The position numbers and the translations under genes were made by a program. A model generated the notes under the pieces. The model saw nothing but the letters and a program-made list of their open reading frames with translations, was not told the DNA's origin and searched no databases. A stretch of DNA of 63,798 bases, counting the filler, from Octopus bimaculoides (taxonomy: Eukaryota): assembly GCF_001194135.2 (NCBI RefSeq). It is 5 parts of 5 records of this genome, joined end to end, with 100 filler letters (N's around TTAATTAATTAA, not from the genome) between each part and the next. Parts side by side here need not be neighbours in the genome. Positions count along the whole stretch, not along the records: positions 23,287 to 53,212 come from NC_068981.1; positions 53,313 to 56,062 come from NC_069003.1; positions 56,163 to 62,103 come from NC_068983.1; positions 62,204 to 63,798 come from NC_068996.1; 1 more part is not named here. One strand, given 5' to 3'. This document shows positions 50,900 through 63,798 of the stretch, in pieces (position 1 is the first letter of the stretch; every line of letters begins with the position of its first letter).

Positions 50900-52072
50900 T
50901 AGCACATCCTACCTAAATTGGATGTGTTGTTTAGATCGCTTTAAACTACCGTAAACATCTAGAGATACCATCTCGTGCTGACGAGATGTGTTAATTAAGC
51001 ACCAACTATAGTGGCTGACAAAACGATCCTCTACAATGATGGATGACATTACCGTATCACGTGATTTCATTTTTAGTTATGGATCATCAATGATAGCCAG
51101 TGTCGTACTGAATACGGGGACGAAAATCAGTTGAACCGATATAGCATAATAATGGTCAAACAACCAATGATGCCGCAAAAAACGGTGGGCTACGAATAAA
51201 TTTGCTATTAACGACAATAGCAGAGTTATGGTAATGCGATTAACGACAATAGCAGTGTTATGGTAATGAACCATAATTAGCAGATCCAACCTAAACTGGT
51301 TACATCTGGAAAATTGAACTGTGCCAAGTTGGTAGTAACTGTTATCGTTTGTCCGAATTCTTTGAAGATATTTATGCTTCTTCGTGAAATTATTCGTGGC
51401 ATAGCTGTTCATATAGCTTGATATTGTTATTCCAATATCGTTGTATAGGGTCGAACTGCAGGGGTGTGTTACACTTTTTAGGACATCAAAGATGAACAGT
51501 CCGACAAAGTCATTGACTGAGTTACGTATTACTGAAATGATTTCGTACCGATCACAATACATCTGATATTGAAATCGCTAATTCTGGTGCATTGTCTACT
51601 AAAGTCTAACGCCTTCAGAAGGTGGAGATTCCAATACCTGAAGAGTAGAAACCTACGGTATCAAAATGGGTGAACTAGCAGGTGGCATTATTCCCATTAA
51701 CACGGAACCAATTAATTGCAACAGCGCTGCAATGCCATTGGATTTACTCAGTAGCCCTTCCGATATCAGAGTCGAAGACATCACGGATAGCTTACCCTTA
51801 GAGGGGTTAATTAACCTACAGCGTCTATTATATACATATATACAAATCTCTATATATATATGTAAGAATCCAACAGCAATTTATCGTATTCTGTCCTGAT
51901 GAAGCGTTCAAACAAGGCTGTTGGTGTGAGCAACATTCAACTGTATATTAATTATAAAGAATGTTCTTCTATAATGATTTTTGAATAATAAACTCAGTAA
52001 CTTAAAGTTAGGTTTGTGGTGCAGGAACAAAAGTTTTCTACTATTAAAGCCTGGTATCCTCCATCCTCATGT

Positions 52073-52116
<44 letters not shown>

Positions 52117-52154
52117 TGTATATGTGTGTAAATATGTATATATACATAATATAT

Positions 52155-52680
52155 ATACTCTTACTCTTTTACTTGTTTCAGTCATTTGACTGTGGCCATG
52201 CTGGAGCACCGCCTTTAGTCGAGCAAATCGACCCCAGGACTTATTCTTTGTAAGCCTAGTACTTCTTCTATCGGTTCACTTTTNNNNNNNNNNNNNNNNN
52301 NNNNNNNNNNNNNNNNNNNNNNNNNNNNNNNNNNNNNNNNNNNNNNNNNNNNNNNNNNNNNNNNNNNNNNNNNNNNNNNNNNNNNNNNNNNNNNNNNNNN
52401 NNNNNNNNNNNNNNNNNNNNNNNNNNNNNNNNNNNNNNNNNNNNNNNNNNNNNNNNNNNNNNNNNNNNNNNNNNNNNNNNNNNNNNNNNNNNNNNNNNNN
52501 NNNTATATATATATATATATATACGACGGGCTTCTTTCAGTTTCCGTCTACCAAATCCATACACAAGGCTTTGGTCGGCCCGAGGCTACAGTAGAAGACA
52601 CTTGCCCAAGGTGCCACGCAATGGGACTGAACCCGAGACCATGTAGTTTGTGAGCAAGCTACTTACCACACAGCCACTCC
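52155..52680 (-). mobile_element. SINE family B, full length, with central gap
   Basis: Head ending cacagccactcc; tail actcttttacttgtttcagtc. Confidence 0.85.
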
Positions 52681-53019
52681 TACATATATATACATAATAT
52701 ATATATATTGTCCAAACACCATGAATCACCCTAGTAACAATGTCACCAAATAAAAAAAAAACTAATATAGGCGTTGCTTTATATTATTGAGTTCATCCTT
52801 TCACCCGTTTGAAAAATTTAGAAAATGTAAACCATTTAACTGAAGTTGAGTACATGTTATGACAAATCTTTTATAACATGTATGCCCCCTTTTCAAGCTC
52901 CGTTTAATGAAACAGGGATTTATAATAAAATAGGATTTTATGTTTATATTCTTTTTATATCTTAAACATGAATTCCATGCCTTGCATTCAAAGAGGAAGC
53001 GTCACCGACATGCAGGCAT

Positions 53020-53098
<79 letters not shown>

Positions 53099-53321
53099 CG
53101 CACACGTATATAGTGTTTGTGTGTGTGTGTGTGTGTGTGTCTGTGTGTGTGTCTGTGTATGTATATATGTATCAGATATGTAAATATGCATGCATATATA
53201 TATATATATATANNNNNNNNNNNNNNNNNNNNNNNNNNNNNNNNNNNNNNNNNNNNTTAATTAATTAANNNNNNNNNNNNNNNNNNNNNNNNNNNNNNNN
53301 NNNNNNNNNNNNTGTGTGTGT

Positions 53322-53363
<42 letters not shown>

Positions 53364-54019
53364 TAACGCGTTTGACACTGAACGTCTTTCCAAAGTAATC
53401 ACTCTTTCTTAAGCCCGTCAAACACATGTTTGCTATATAATTCTGCTTTATCCACGTTTCTACTTCCTTAGAAATGAAAACAGAACGCAAGATTTAAGTA
53501 ATACACAAATGTAAAAAAACGAAAAAGGAAGCAACAAAAAAAGAAAACGAAAGATTCATACATATCTATAAGGAAGGCTTGCAATTGTTCAAGAGCTTAA
53601 GTAAGACCGAGATGCTGGTTTTTCAATTCTTAAAGGATTATGTGGAGAAATGAGAATTAGTCCGAGTTTATTACATTACGTCCACAGAGAGGATAAATGA
53701 CGGAACGAACAAAAACAAATTCGTGATTGAATCTGCGAGAGATATACACTGAAAGGTAAAAATATAACCGAAAACAAATGTGTTTTGAAATGAGATAATT
53801 GTGAGCAGCGTATACAGATATGGATGCAAATATCGTGCTTGAGAGATATCCATGCACATGTGCATATATATGCGTGTATATATTTAAAGGAACATCACAC
53901 ACACACACACACACGTATATATAATGCATGCATATGTATGTGTTATATATGTATATACACATACATACATTTATACATACATACGAGCTTGATGAATTAG
54001 CCGTACTTTAAATATTCTT

Positions 54020-54190
54020 TTTTCCTTTAGGCACAAGGTCTGAAATTTTGGAGGAGAGGGCCAGTCGATTAGATCGACTCCAGTACGCAGCTGGTACTTA
54101 ATTTATCGACCTCGAAAGGATGATAGGCAATGTCGACCGCGGTGGAATTTGAACTCCGAACGTAAATACCGCTAAGCATTTCGCCCTACA
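54020..54190 (-). mobile_element. SINE family A, partial
   Basis: Body and tail match. Confidence 0.75.
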
Positions 54191-54590
54191 TGATTCGTGC
54201 GCAACGCAAGGACTAGATAACATCAATGTGTGTCCCAGATTCGTTGCAGTGAGACATAAGATGTACGAAGCAGAAACCGTTACCGAAGACTGAACACTCA
54301 ACTGTGGAGCAAATGCATATTCCTACACAGCTTTAAAGCGACATGCATACAGTGTTTCACAAACATATCCAGAACGATAATCAACCAGATTATATGCCNN
54401 NNNNNNNNNNNNNNNNNNNNNNNNNNNNNNNNNNNNNNNNNNNNNNNNNNNNNNNNNNNNNNNNNNNNNNNNNNNNNNNNNNNNNNNNNNNNNNNNNNNN
54501 NNNNNNNNNNNNNNNNNNNNNNNNNNNNNNNNNNNNNNNNNNNNNNNNNNNNNNNNNNNNNNNNNNNNNNNNNNNNNNNNNNNNNNNNNN

Positions 54591-54629
<39 letters not shown>

Positions 54630-56701
54630 CACGTTTATATATTCGTTTTGCAAGATTGTTGTGAATTCGTGTGCTAAAACAGATATTGTTCTATTTGGGA
54701 ATGGTAATGTTTCCAGTTTAGCCAATGAAAACACACGCACTATATATTTGCTGTTGGGATACTGATGATGCAAGTACTATACACATTCAAACACACACAC
54801 CCACTTACTAAAATAGACACACGCAGGGATATACGCATGCGCAAATAAAGACACATACAAGAGGAATGCAAAATGGCATATCGTTATTAAGGAGAGCAAC
54901 TCAAAAAAAGAAAGAAGAAAGCAAGGGACCACTGATGAGGTCACAGAAATTTGACGAAAGAACTCTGGCTGAAATGCAATTAATATCAAATAAAGCTGAA
55001 GCAAGTGAACACCAAATATACAGTGCGTGTGTTTTATTGGCTAAACTGACAAAATGACCGTCCCCAAATACAAACATATATATATTTGCTTATATTTATT
55101 GTGTCAGTACATGTGCTGTGTGTGATTGTCTGTGTGTTTGTGTATGCTCATATATATGCATGGGTGTTAGTATAAATTCTATTTTGTAGCACTCGTAACT
55201 GATGATTCTCTCATTTGTCGCTGTCTGTCTTTCTACCTCTCTCTCTCTCTCTCTCCTTTTTTCTTTACCCCTCTCTCAGTCTCTCTTGAACCTCTAGTTC
55301 ACTCTCACAATCTCCCTGCATATATTCTCTTTCGCATATAAACAACAACAACGACAACAAAAAGAAAAAAAAACAGCCAGGAAATCTAAAATGAAAAAAA
55401 AATTATCCACCGAACGCAAGAATAGCGTTAACACTCAAGTATCATCATCACAACCACCATCATCATAATCTCCATCATCAGACTCAGCATCATTTTCGTC
55501 ATCATCATCATCATCATCAACAACACTATCAACACCACCACCATCCTCACCATCATTACTTTTGTGCTCCTCGTCATCATGATCATCGTCATGGACAACA
55601 GCAAACAATAATAATAACCCCCCCCCCCGATTCACTCATTAATTTCACACAACACACAAAACCTCCCGCACATAAACGTGTGTTTTTGTGTCAGTGTGTG
55701 TGTGTATGTGTGAGCGTGTGTGTGTGTATTTTTCTGTGTGCGTGCGTGCGTGTGCATGTGTGGGTGCGTGCATGTTTGTCCATGTGCGTGCGTGCGTGTC
55801 TGTGTGCCTGTCTATCTTTCTCTATATATAGATGCGTGGGTATGTGTGCTTGCGTATGTGTGTGTGCGTGCTCGCGTGTGTGTTTGTCCATGTGAATGGG
55901 TGTGCATGTGTTCATCTGTGTTTGTGATTGTGTGTGTGTGTGTTTGTGCGGGTCCGTCTGTTAGTGTGTCTATCTCTCTGCATATATATATATATATGCG
56001 TGCGTGCCTGTATGTATGTGTGCGGGTATCTGTGTGTATATACATTTGTGTGTATATGAGTGNNNNNNNNNNNNNNNNNNNNNNNNNNNNNNNNNNNNNN
56101 NNNNNNTTAATTAATTAANNNNNNNNNNNNNNNNNNNNNNNNNNNNNNNNNNNNNNNNNNNNGTCCCGGGGTCGATTTGCTCGACTAAAGGCGATGCTCC
56201 AGCATGGCCGCAATCAAAGGACTTAAACAAGTAAGCAAGTAAAAAAGAGTAAAAGAGTACAGGCAGCACACAGGGTTTTTTTTTTGGGGGGGGGGGTTAG
56301 TCGTAGGGGCGCCGTATACTGGATATCTTGGGCAATTTGAACGTGGCATTGTCCCTCTTTACCAGGTCTGAACACTGCCAATTTTCTTCAGAAAGAAATA
56401 GAAGAATCTACCCATCACTATTTATCGACCTCGAAATCTCGGCAGGATTTTAATAGAGAGTAGTAGTCAGAACGAATACAAGGTAGATGAACAAACCACC
56501 CAGGTTAATCGTCGCCGTATTTCATTGCTATCTAGCATTAGATAATTAGTGTAGAGAAAAAAAAACTAACAAGCAATGTGCTATAACTGTATTGTTTTTC
56601 AGTTACATAATGACCTTGAATTATTTTTATTTCGAAGTTTGAAATGCAAACGATTACCATGTGTATTCCAAATCAGTGCTTCATCTATAAGTATTCTGAA
56701 A

Positions 56702-57144
56702 TATTCTTTTCTACTCTATGCACAAGGTCCGAAATTTTGGGGGAACGGGGGGGGGCAGTCGATTAGATCGAGCCAGTACGCTACTGGTACTTAATTTATC
56801 GACCCCGAAAAGATGAAAGGCAAAGTCGATCTCGTCGGAATTTGAACTCAGAACGTAACGGCAGACGAAATACTGCTAAGCATTTCTTTCGCCTGGCATG
56901 CTAACGTTTCTTATTTCTTTATTGCCCACAAGGGGCTAAACAAAGAGGGGACAAACAAGAACAGACAAAGGGATTAAGTCGATTACATCGACCCCAGTGC
57001 GTAACTGGTACTTAATTTATCGACCCCGAAAGGATGAAAGGCAAAGTCGACCTCGGTGGAATTTGAACTCAGAACGTAACGGCAGACGAAATATCGCTAA
57101 GCATTTCGCCCGGCGTGCTAACGTTTCTGCCAGCTCGCCGCCTT
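56702..57144 (-). mobile_element. SINE family A head-to-tail dimer
   Basis: Complete monomer with Tx1-like tail fused at 56906/56907 to a headless monomer starting cgttagc with a different tail. Confidence 0.9.
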
Positions 57145-57212
57145 AAGTATTTTGAAATATTGAAGGTCCTTACAAGCATGGAATATTTTTCAGATGATTT
57201 TATAATTTAGTT

Positions 57213-57466
57213 CAGTATTTCTCAACTATTTATATCTATGGGCCCCTTTGGTTCCGATTTTATCTGGGCGGACACTACCAGCCATTCGATGTTTTAAAAA
57301 ATCCTATTATATTTTTATTATTAGATATCATTGGGAATTATATTCAAAAATTTGTTAAAATATTTTGTGCTTTGTATCAGTATAAGCAATTTATTGTTCA
57401 TAAATTTTAACAAAAACATTTATATGGACCGCCAAGGGCCATATCGATCCTCGTTGAGGGCCACTG
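57213..57466. mobile_element. Possible hAT-type MITE
   Basis: Ends CAGTATTTCTCAAC and GTTGAGGGCCACTG form imperfect TIRs; putative 8-bp TSD matches only 5/8. Confidence 0.4.
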
Positions 57467-58495
57467 ATATAAGTTTGCTGATGTATGGGTTGCGTTTGTG
57501 ATAGAATTAAATATTATCGTGAGCAAGACACTAAATTGCATTCGGTGGTGAGGCCCCAGATCTGAAGTCCAGGAGTTTAGAGGAGTGTGAAATTACCCTT
57601 TAGTTACTACTGTTCCTAATTCTCTTCTGGTTCAGAGAGGCAGTACCTGTCGAAGACGTCAGTTTTGGGTCAACAATTTATTTTATACATCTCGGAAGCA
57701 TGAATGCTGAAGTAGATACAAGCAGGATTTTAACTCAAAACCTAAAAACCCATAACTATATACCACAATCCATTTTGTCCAATTCTCTTGCTAGCCATCT
57801 CGCCATCTTCACATATAACATTAAGAAAGAGAAGACGGAGAAGTTCTTATTAGATATTTAAAAAGATCGTGGCTGTCACAGCAACGTATTTTAACAAATA
57901 TATAATTATTATAGTCAACAGTTACAAATATCTTCTCTAAATTCAACGAACACCTCTCAAGCATATTGCCTACAGTCAAGAGCACTAGAAATATTTGTAG
58001 GAATCTTAATTAGCGCCTGCTCTATTGAAGATAAAATAGGAAATTCATAGGAAATCGTGAACAATAAATGGCATCAGAAAATGGTTTAACGCTTCAAAAA
58101 TATTTTTATGTTGTTATAATTTACAATGACTAAGGCGTTTGATCTGTGACCATAAAATTTATATAGATAATTTTATATAAAAAATAAGAAGTTATATATA
58201 TATGAAATTTTATGAAAAAAATATTATCATTAGAGGACAAGAATCCGGTTGCAGACGTTATGCATGCAATGTATGTATGTATGTATGTATGTATGCATGC
58301 ATGTTTGTATGTATGCTTATGGGCAGATATATGAATGAATGGATGGATTGATAGGCGTATGTTTTTGTGTGCGCGCACGTGTGTTTATAACTTTGCAATT
58401 TGATATGCTTTGGGGACTATTTAAAGTTGTTATACGTTCACGCACGCACAAATACATACACCACTCACACACGAAGGGTGTAAATATATGTGAGA

Positions 58496-58531
<36 letters not shown>

Positions 58532-58992
58532 GCGCACATATGCATACATACATATATATAGATGCGTATACATACATACATATACACATATATATATACA
58601 TACATACACACACATATATACATACATATATATATATACATACATACACACACATATATACATACATATATATATATANNNNNNNNNNNNNNNNNNNNNN
58701 NNNNNNNNNNNNNNNNNNNNNNNNNNNNNNNNNNNNNNNNNNNNNNNNNNNNNNNNNNNNNNNNNNNNNNNNNNNNNNNNNNNNNNNNNNNNNNNNNNNN
58801 NNNNNNNNNNNNNNNNNNNNNNNNNNNNNNNNNNNNNNNNNNNNNNNNNNNNNNNNNNNNNNNNNNNNNNNNNNNNNNNNNNNNNNNNNNNNNNNNNNNN
58901 NNNNNNNNNNNNNNNNNNNNNNNNNNNNNNNNNNNNNNNNNNNNNNNNNNNNNNNNNNNNNNNNNNNNNNNNNNNNNNNNNNNNNNNNNNNN

Positions 58993-59069
<77 letters not shown>

Positions 59070-59499
59070 TGTGTGTTTGTGTATGTGTGTGTGTGTGTGT
59101 GTGTGTTGTTGTTGTGTACCGTATGTTTGTGGGTGGCTTGTGATAACAGGATATTGAAGCAGAATACCTGTGTACCAAAAATTATCTATTTTCAATAGGA
59201 AAACTGTCCAACGTATTAAGGTGTATATATCAAGTTGGAAGGTTAATAAAATAAGCAGGGTAGAGTAGGGGGTGAGTGTGTATGTTGGTTACCAATGGTT
59301 TGGATATTGAAAAAATGGTGAGAGAGAGAAAGAGAGAGTAAGAGGGAGGGGGAGGGAGGAACGGCATTGAGTTGAGATGTGATATATTTGTTAAATTTCT
59401 TGAATAATTAGTATCAATGTTATATCTATGAAGAGGTAATTGATCTTACAAACTTCCCACAGGGATGGGGCGGGGGCGCAGAAAAGGAGAAAAAGGGAG

Positions 59500-60125
59500 G
59501 GAGTGGGGTTGTCGGTGACATAAAAATGTTACTAGAGTCTATGAGTGTGGCGTTGGTGGTAGTTTTGGTGGTGGTTTTGGTGGTGATGGCGGGGGTGGTT
59601 AGTGATGGTAAAACCTTAACAACGTGAACAAAATCATCATCATCATCGTCATAGTCATCGTCGTCGTCGTCGTCATTATCATCATCATCATCAGCAGCAG
59701 CAGCAGCAGCAATATTATCGTTTTTTAAAAAAACCCCATGACATTGATAACGACGATGACGACCATCATAATCATCATCATCATCATCATCATCATCAAC
59801 AACAACAATAAAAAGAACAACAACCATACCACCACCATTATCAACACCACCACCACCACCACCACCACCACCACCACTACCACCACCACCACCATCCATC
59901 ACATCATCAACACCACCGCCATATTATCGTCATACTAGCACCACCACCAGCACCACCAGCATCACTATCATCATCTTCAATATCATAATCGTCATCATCA
60001 CCATCATCATCATCGTCGTCAATATCATCATCATCATCATCGTCATCACCATCATCATCACCATCATCATCATCGTCGTCAATATCATCATCATCATCAT
60101 CATCATCAATATCATCATCATCATC
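59500..60125. repeat. Mixed (CAT/CAC/GGT/CAG)n trinucleotide tract
   Basis: Directly visible. Confidence 0.95.
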
Positions 60126-61219
60126 ANNNNNNNNNNNNNNNNNNNNNNNNNNNNNNNNNNNNNNNNNNNNNNNNNNNNNNNNNNNNNNNNNNNNNNNNNN
60201 NNNNNNNNNNNNNNNNNNNNNNNNNNNNNNNNNNNNNNNNNNNNNNNNNNNNNNNNNNNNNNNNNNNNNNNNNNNNNNNNNNNNNNNNNNNNNNNNNNNN
60301 NNNNNNNNNNNNNNNNNNNNNNNNNNNNNNNNNNNNNNNNNNNNNNNNNNNNNNNNNNNNNNNNNNNNNNNNNNNNNNNNNNNNNNNNNNNNNNNNNNNN
60401 NNNNNNNNNNNNNNNNNNNNNNNNNNNNNNNNNNNNNNNNNNNNNNNNNNNNNNNNNNNNNNNNNNNNNNNNNNNNNNNNNNNNNNNNNNNNNNNNNNNN
60501 NNNNNNNNNNNNNNNNNNNNNNNNNNNNNNNNNNNNNNNNNNNNNNNNNNNNNNNNNNNNNNNNNNNNNNNNNNNNNNNNNNNNNNNNNNNNNNNNNNNN
60601 NNNNNNNNNNNNNNNNNNNNNNNNNNNNNNNNNNNNNNNNNNNNNNNNNNNNNNNNNNNNNNNNNNNNNNNNNNNNNNNNNNNNNNNNNNNNNNNNNNNN
60701 NNNNNNNNNNNNNNNNNNNNNNNNNNNNNNNNNNNNNNNNNNNNNNNNNNNNNNNNNNNNNNNNNNNNNNNNNNNNNNNNNNNNNNNNNNNNNNNNNNNN
60801 NNNNNNNNNNNNNNNNNNNNNNNNNNNNNNNNNNNNNNNNNNNNNNNNNNNNNNNNNNNNNNNNNNNNNNNNNNNNNNNNNNNNNNNNNNNNNNNNNNNN
60901 NNNNNNNNNNNNNNNNNNNNNNNNNNNNNNNNNNNNNTATATATATATATACACACACACACGCACATACATATATAGTATGTATATATATATATATATA
61001 TATATACTGACATATATATATATTGATAAAAAAAAATTTTCTAAAATAAAAGTGAAATGCAAAGCTGTTTTTACATGTTATAGAGAGAGTTAATGACAGC
61101 CAGAACTCCAGTCACAATTCATTTGTCATTCCAACACCACCCTCCCCGCCACCACTTAAGAATGAGTCACACTTGCTGGGGATGCCCGACACCTTTACAT
61201 TCCACTCCTAACACCTTGT

Positions 61220-61950
61220 CTGCAGCATTCACCATTTTCTTCTTTTTCTTCTTCATCATCATGTTTTCCTTCTTCTTCTTCTTCTTCTACTACCTCTTCT
61301 TCTTCTACTTCACCTTCATCTTCTACCTCCTCCTCCTCCTCTTCTACTTCTACTTCTTCTTCGTCTTCTACCTCTTCTTCGTCTTCTACCTCCTCTTCTT
61401 CCGCTTCATATTCTACCTCTTTTTCTTCTTTTTCTTCTTCTTCTTCTTCTTCTTCATATTCTACCTCTTTTTCTTCTTTCTCTTCTTTTTTCCTCTTCTA
61501 CTTCTTTCCTCCTCATCCTCCGCCTCCTTCTTTCCTCCTCCTCCTCCTCCTTCTTCTACCCCTCCGCCTTCTCTTTTCTTCCTGTTATTGTCCTCCTCCT
61601 CCTCCTCCTCCACCTCTTGCTGTTCTCGCTCTCCCTCCTTGTCTTCCTCTTGTCGTTTTTGTTGTTGTGGTTGTTCTTCTTCCTCCTCCTCTTGCTTTTC
61701 TTCTTGTGTTTTCTTATCGACCCAATAACCCACCACCATCACCACCACCGGCACAACCACTGCTGCCTCCGCCGTCGCCACGACGATGCATCATCATCAT
61801 CATCATGAACATCTCTATCAACAACAACCTCCTCCCCTTCCTCTTCTTTCTCCTCCTCCTCCACATCATCATCATCATCATCATCATCGTCTTTATCGTC
61901 ATCATTATCAAAAACATAATCATGATCATCCCCCTGATCATCTTCCTGAC

Positions 61951-61984
<34 letters not shown>

Positions 61985-62103
61985 GTCGTCGTCGTCTTCC
62001 CCTCCTCATCATCATGATAATCCTGTTCTTGACAATGACTATGATGATCAATATTTTCAAAATCATCATCATCATCACCTCCACCACCACCACCACCACC
62101 ACC
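61220..62103. repeat. Polypyrimidine (TTC/CTC)n tract followed by (CAT/CAC)n
   Basis: Directly visible; source of poly-F/S/H artefact ORFs. Confidence 0.95.
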
Positions 62104-62203
62104 NNNNNNNNNNNNNNNNNNNNNNNNNNNNNNNNNNNNNNNNNNNNTTAATTAATTAANNNNNNNNNNNNNNNNNNNNNNNNNNNNNNNNNNNNNNNNN
62201 NNN

Positions 62204-62857
62204 TACGTCGAACAACTGCTATCGCGTGTGGGACGAGTCAGTCTATCAGCCGAGTCTATCGTGAATATTGTTGCGCCTCCTTCCTTTAAACGGGAAGGAA
62301 GAGTTATTTTCATCATACTTGTGGCTATGGCGAAAGAATGTGTATGGCGGACGCGTCTGAAAGGTCTAGAGACAAAAAGTTTCCTCTCTGGGTAATCTGT
62401 GATCAACTTCTTCAAGTATCACCTGAAGAGGAAGGTGAGAGTAGAAAAGGGAAGTCTTGTCTAGTGAATGCTTCAAAAAAAGATGGATGAATGTAGCAAG
62501 AATGGCACGTGTGAATGACGGAGCCACATTGAGTAAAAAAAAATCCAGAAAAAAAAACAAAAAGGCAAAAGAGAGTCACTTACTGTTATAGTTACTTCAA
62601 AAACAATGACAATATTGATCAAGGTTACCGTGGTCTTTTCCGTAGGCTTTTCTTTCCACGGCTAAACCTAAACTGTCCTCCCCTTTTTTACACGAGAACA
62701 TTACTGTGATACACGATCCCTATTGATCGCTTTTTTTTTTTCGATCCCTTTTGATCGACACCCCCCTCCTTTTTTTTTCCTTCCCCCTCCAAAAAGAAAA
62801 GCTCTACACTGTATTTGTCCCATCTGTGTTGAGCCCTGTGTGGCTAATAAAAGAAAT
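62204..62857 (+). mobile_element. L1/Tx1-like LINE 3' end (ORF2 C-terminus and 3' UTR)
   Basis: YVEQLLSRVG...ILVAMAKECVWRTRLKGL...FFKYHLKRKVRVE..KRWMNVARM, with a stop and a frameshift; AK..(I/V)W..R pattern of L1/Tx1 C-termini; ends aataaaagaaat. Confidence 0.7.
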
Positions 62858-63489
62858 GTATCTATCTGTCTGTCTGTCCGTAGGTCCGTCTAGGTTAAGG
62901 AAAATAACTCTGGGAATATATTATGAGTAGCTTCCCTTGACAACCAGGGCGAAGTTTCTTTTTAAATGTTTTAAAATGTATTTCGTTTTTGTATGAACAA
63001 CAATATGATTTTGAGGGCACTTGGCTATCGCTTTTACGAAATAATTCTTAAAGCGCCCTTCATTTTATAGGAAAAGGCAAATTTGTGGTCGCTTAAGTAT
63101 TATCTGTAGTAGTATGTGAGACCTCCAAAATGACAATTTTTAATATATCATAAAATTTTGTTAAATTTTGTAGAGAATATTAAGTTATTTCTATCATGAA
63201 GGATACTTTAAAAACATTTGCATAGAACAATTGTCAGTTAGGTGATTTTACATCATGCTAGAAAAAAACAGGCAGATACTCTCAAATTTACGTTTATATA
63301 TATATATATAATGATATATAATTGTATGATCCAAGAATCTAGGTGTAGGAAGTCTGTAACAGGTATAATTTTTTTATAGTTCACATTAGCAACTTGAGTT
63401 GCTATGAATGTGAATAAAAATCCAAAGTCCCTCAATATAGATTTAAATATACATATAGGCTTCTGCCAGGAGTGTAGCCAGCCCACTTA

Positions 63490-63798
63490 TATGTACCTTT
63501 CCTTCATTGGACTCGAAACTCCGCTTGCGAAGACCTGTTGAGGCAAGTGAAATCGAAATCGAACCAAATTCGACGACTGGCACCCATGCCAACCTCTCCT
63601 TCATTGGACACTAAACTGTTGGGGCAAGTGAAAGTGAAATCGTGATGGCACCTGTACCAGTGGAGCGCTAAGAGCACCGTCCGAGCGTGATCGTTGCCAG
63701 AGCAGCTGTCTGGCTTCCGTGCCAGTGGCACGTAAATAGCACCATTTGAGCGGGATCGTTACCAGCGTCGCCTTACTGGCACTTGTGCTGGTGACACG
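63490..63798 (+). mobile_element. Family C retroposon, running off the window end
   Basis: gtacctttccttcattgg...gaagacctgttgaggcaagtgaaatc matches the start of 3337-3752. Confidence 0.75.

Noticed and set aside
51633-51662. CUGAAGA-GUAG-AAAC-CUAC hairpin
   Set aside because: Not followed by GAAA; a simple stem-loop.
2534-62151. Most ORFs in the supplied track (poly-YI, poly-HT/CV, poly-X, poly-M/D/H/F)
   Set aside because: They are translations of dinucleotide or trinucleotide microsatellites and N-gaps.

Overview
Repeat-dense, gapped draft-assembly window from an animal genome. The dense AT/CA/TAA/CAT microsatellites and the tRNA-derived SINE families fit an octopod cephalopod (inference from repeat content, not a database match). 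Nearly all ORFs in the supplied track are microsatellite or N-gap artefacts. Well-supported content: (1) one clean minus-strand coding exon (35120-35301) of a fatty-acid-binding-protein (FABP/calycin) family gene; (2) Penelope-like retroelement pieces with GIY-YIG endonuclease remnants and several hammerhead-ribozyme motifs, including a 290-bp fold-back carrying one motif on each strand; (3) six R4/Dong-type RLE retrotransposon remnants, four ending in (TAA)n, plus a ~540-bp non-coding element found twice in TAA arrays; (4) RTE, L1/Tx1, mariner/Tc1 and MITE relics; (5) about 30 SINE copies. Most notable relationships: the 3' tail of one SINE subfamily matches the 3' end of the L1/Tx1-like LINE at 62.2-62.9 kb, and the same SINE-SINE dimer junction occurs twice. 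No CRISPR, rRNA, intact tRNA or intact transposon ORF is supported, and I cannot support a wholly new system. Boundaries of degenerate repeats are approximate, and SINE family letters are my own labels.
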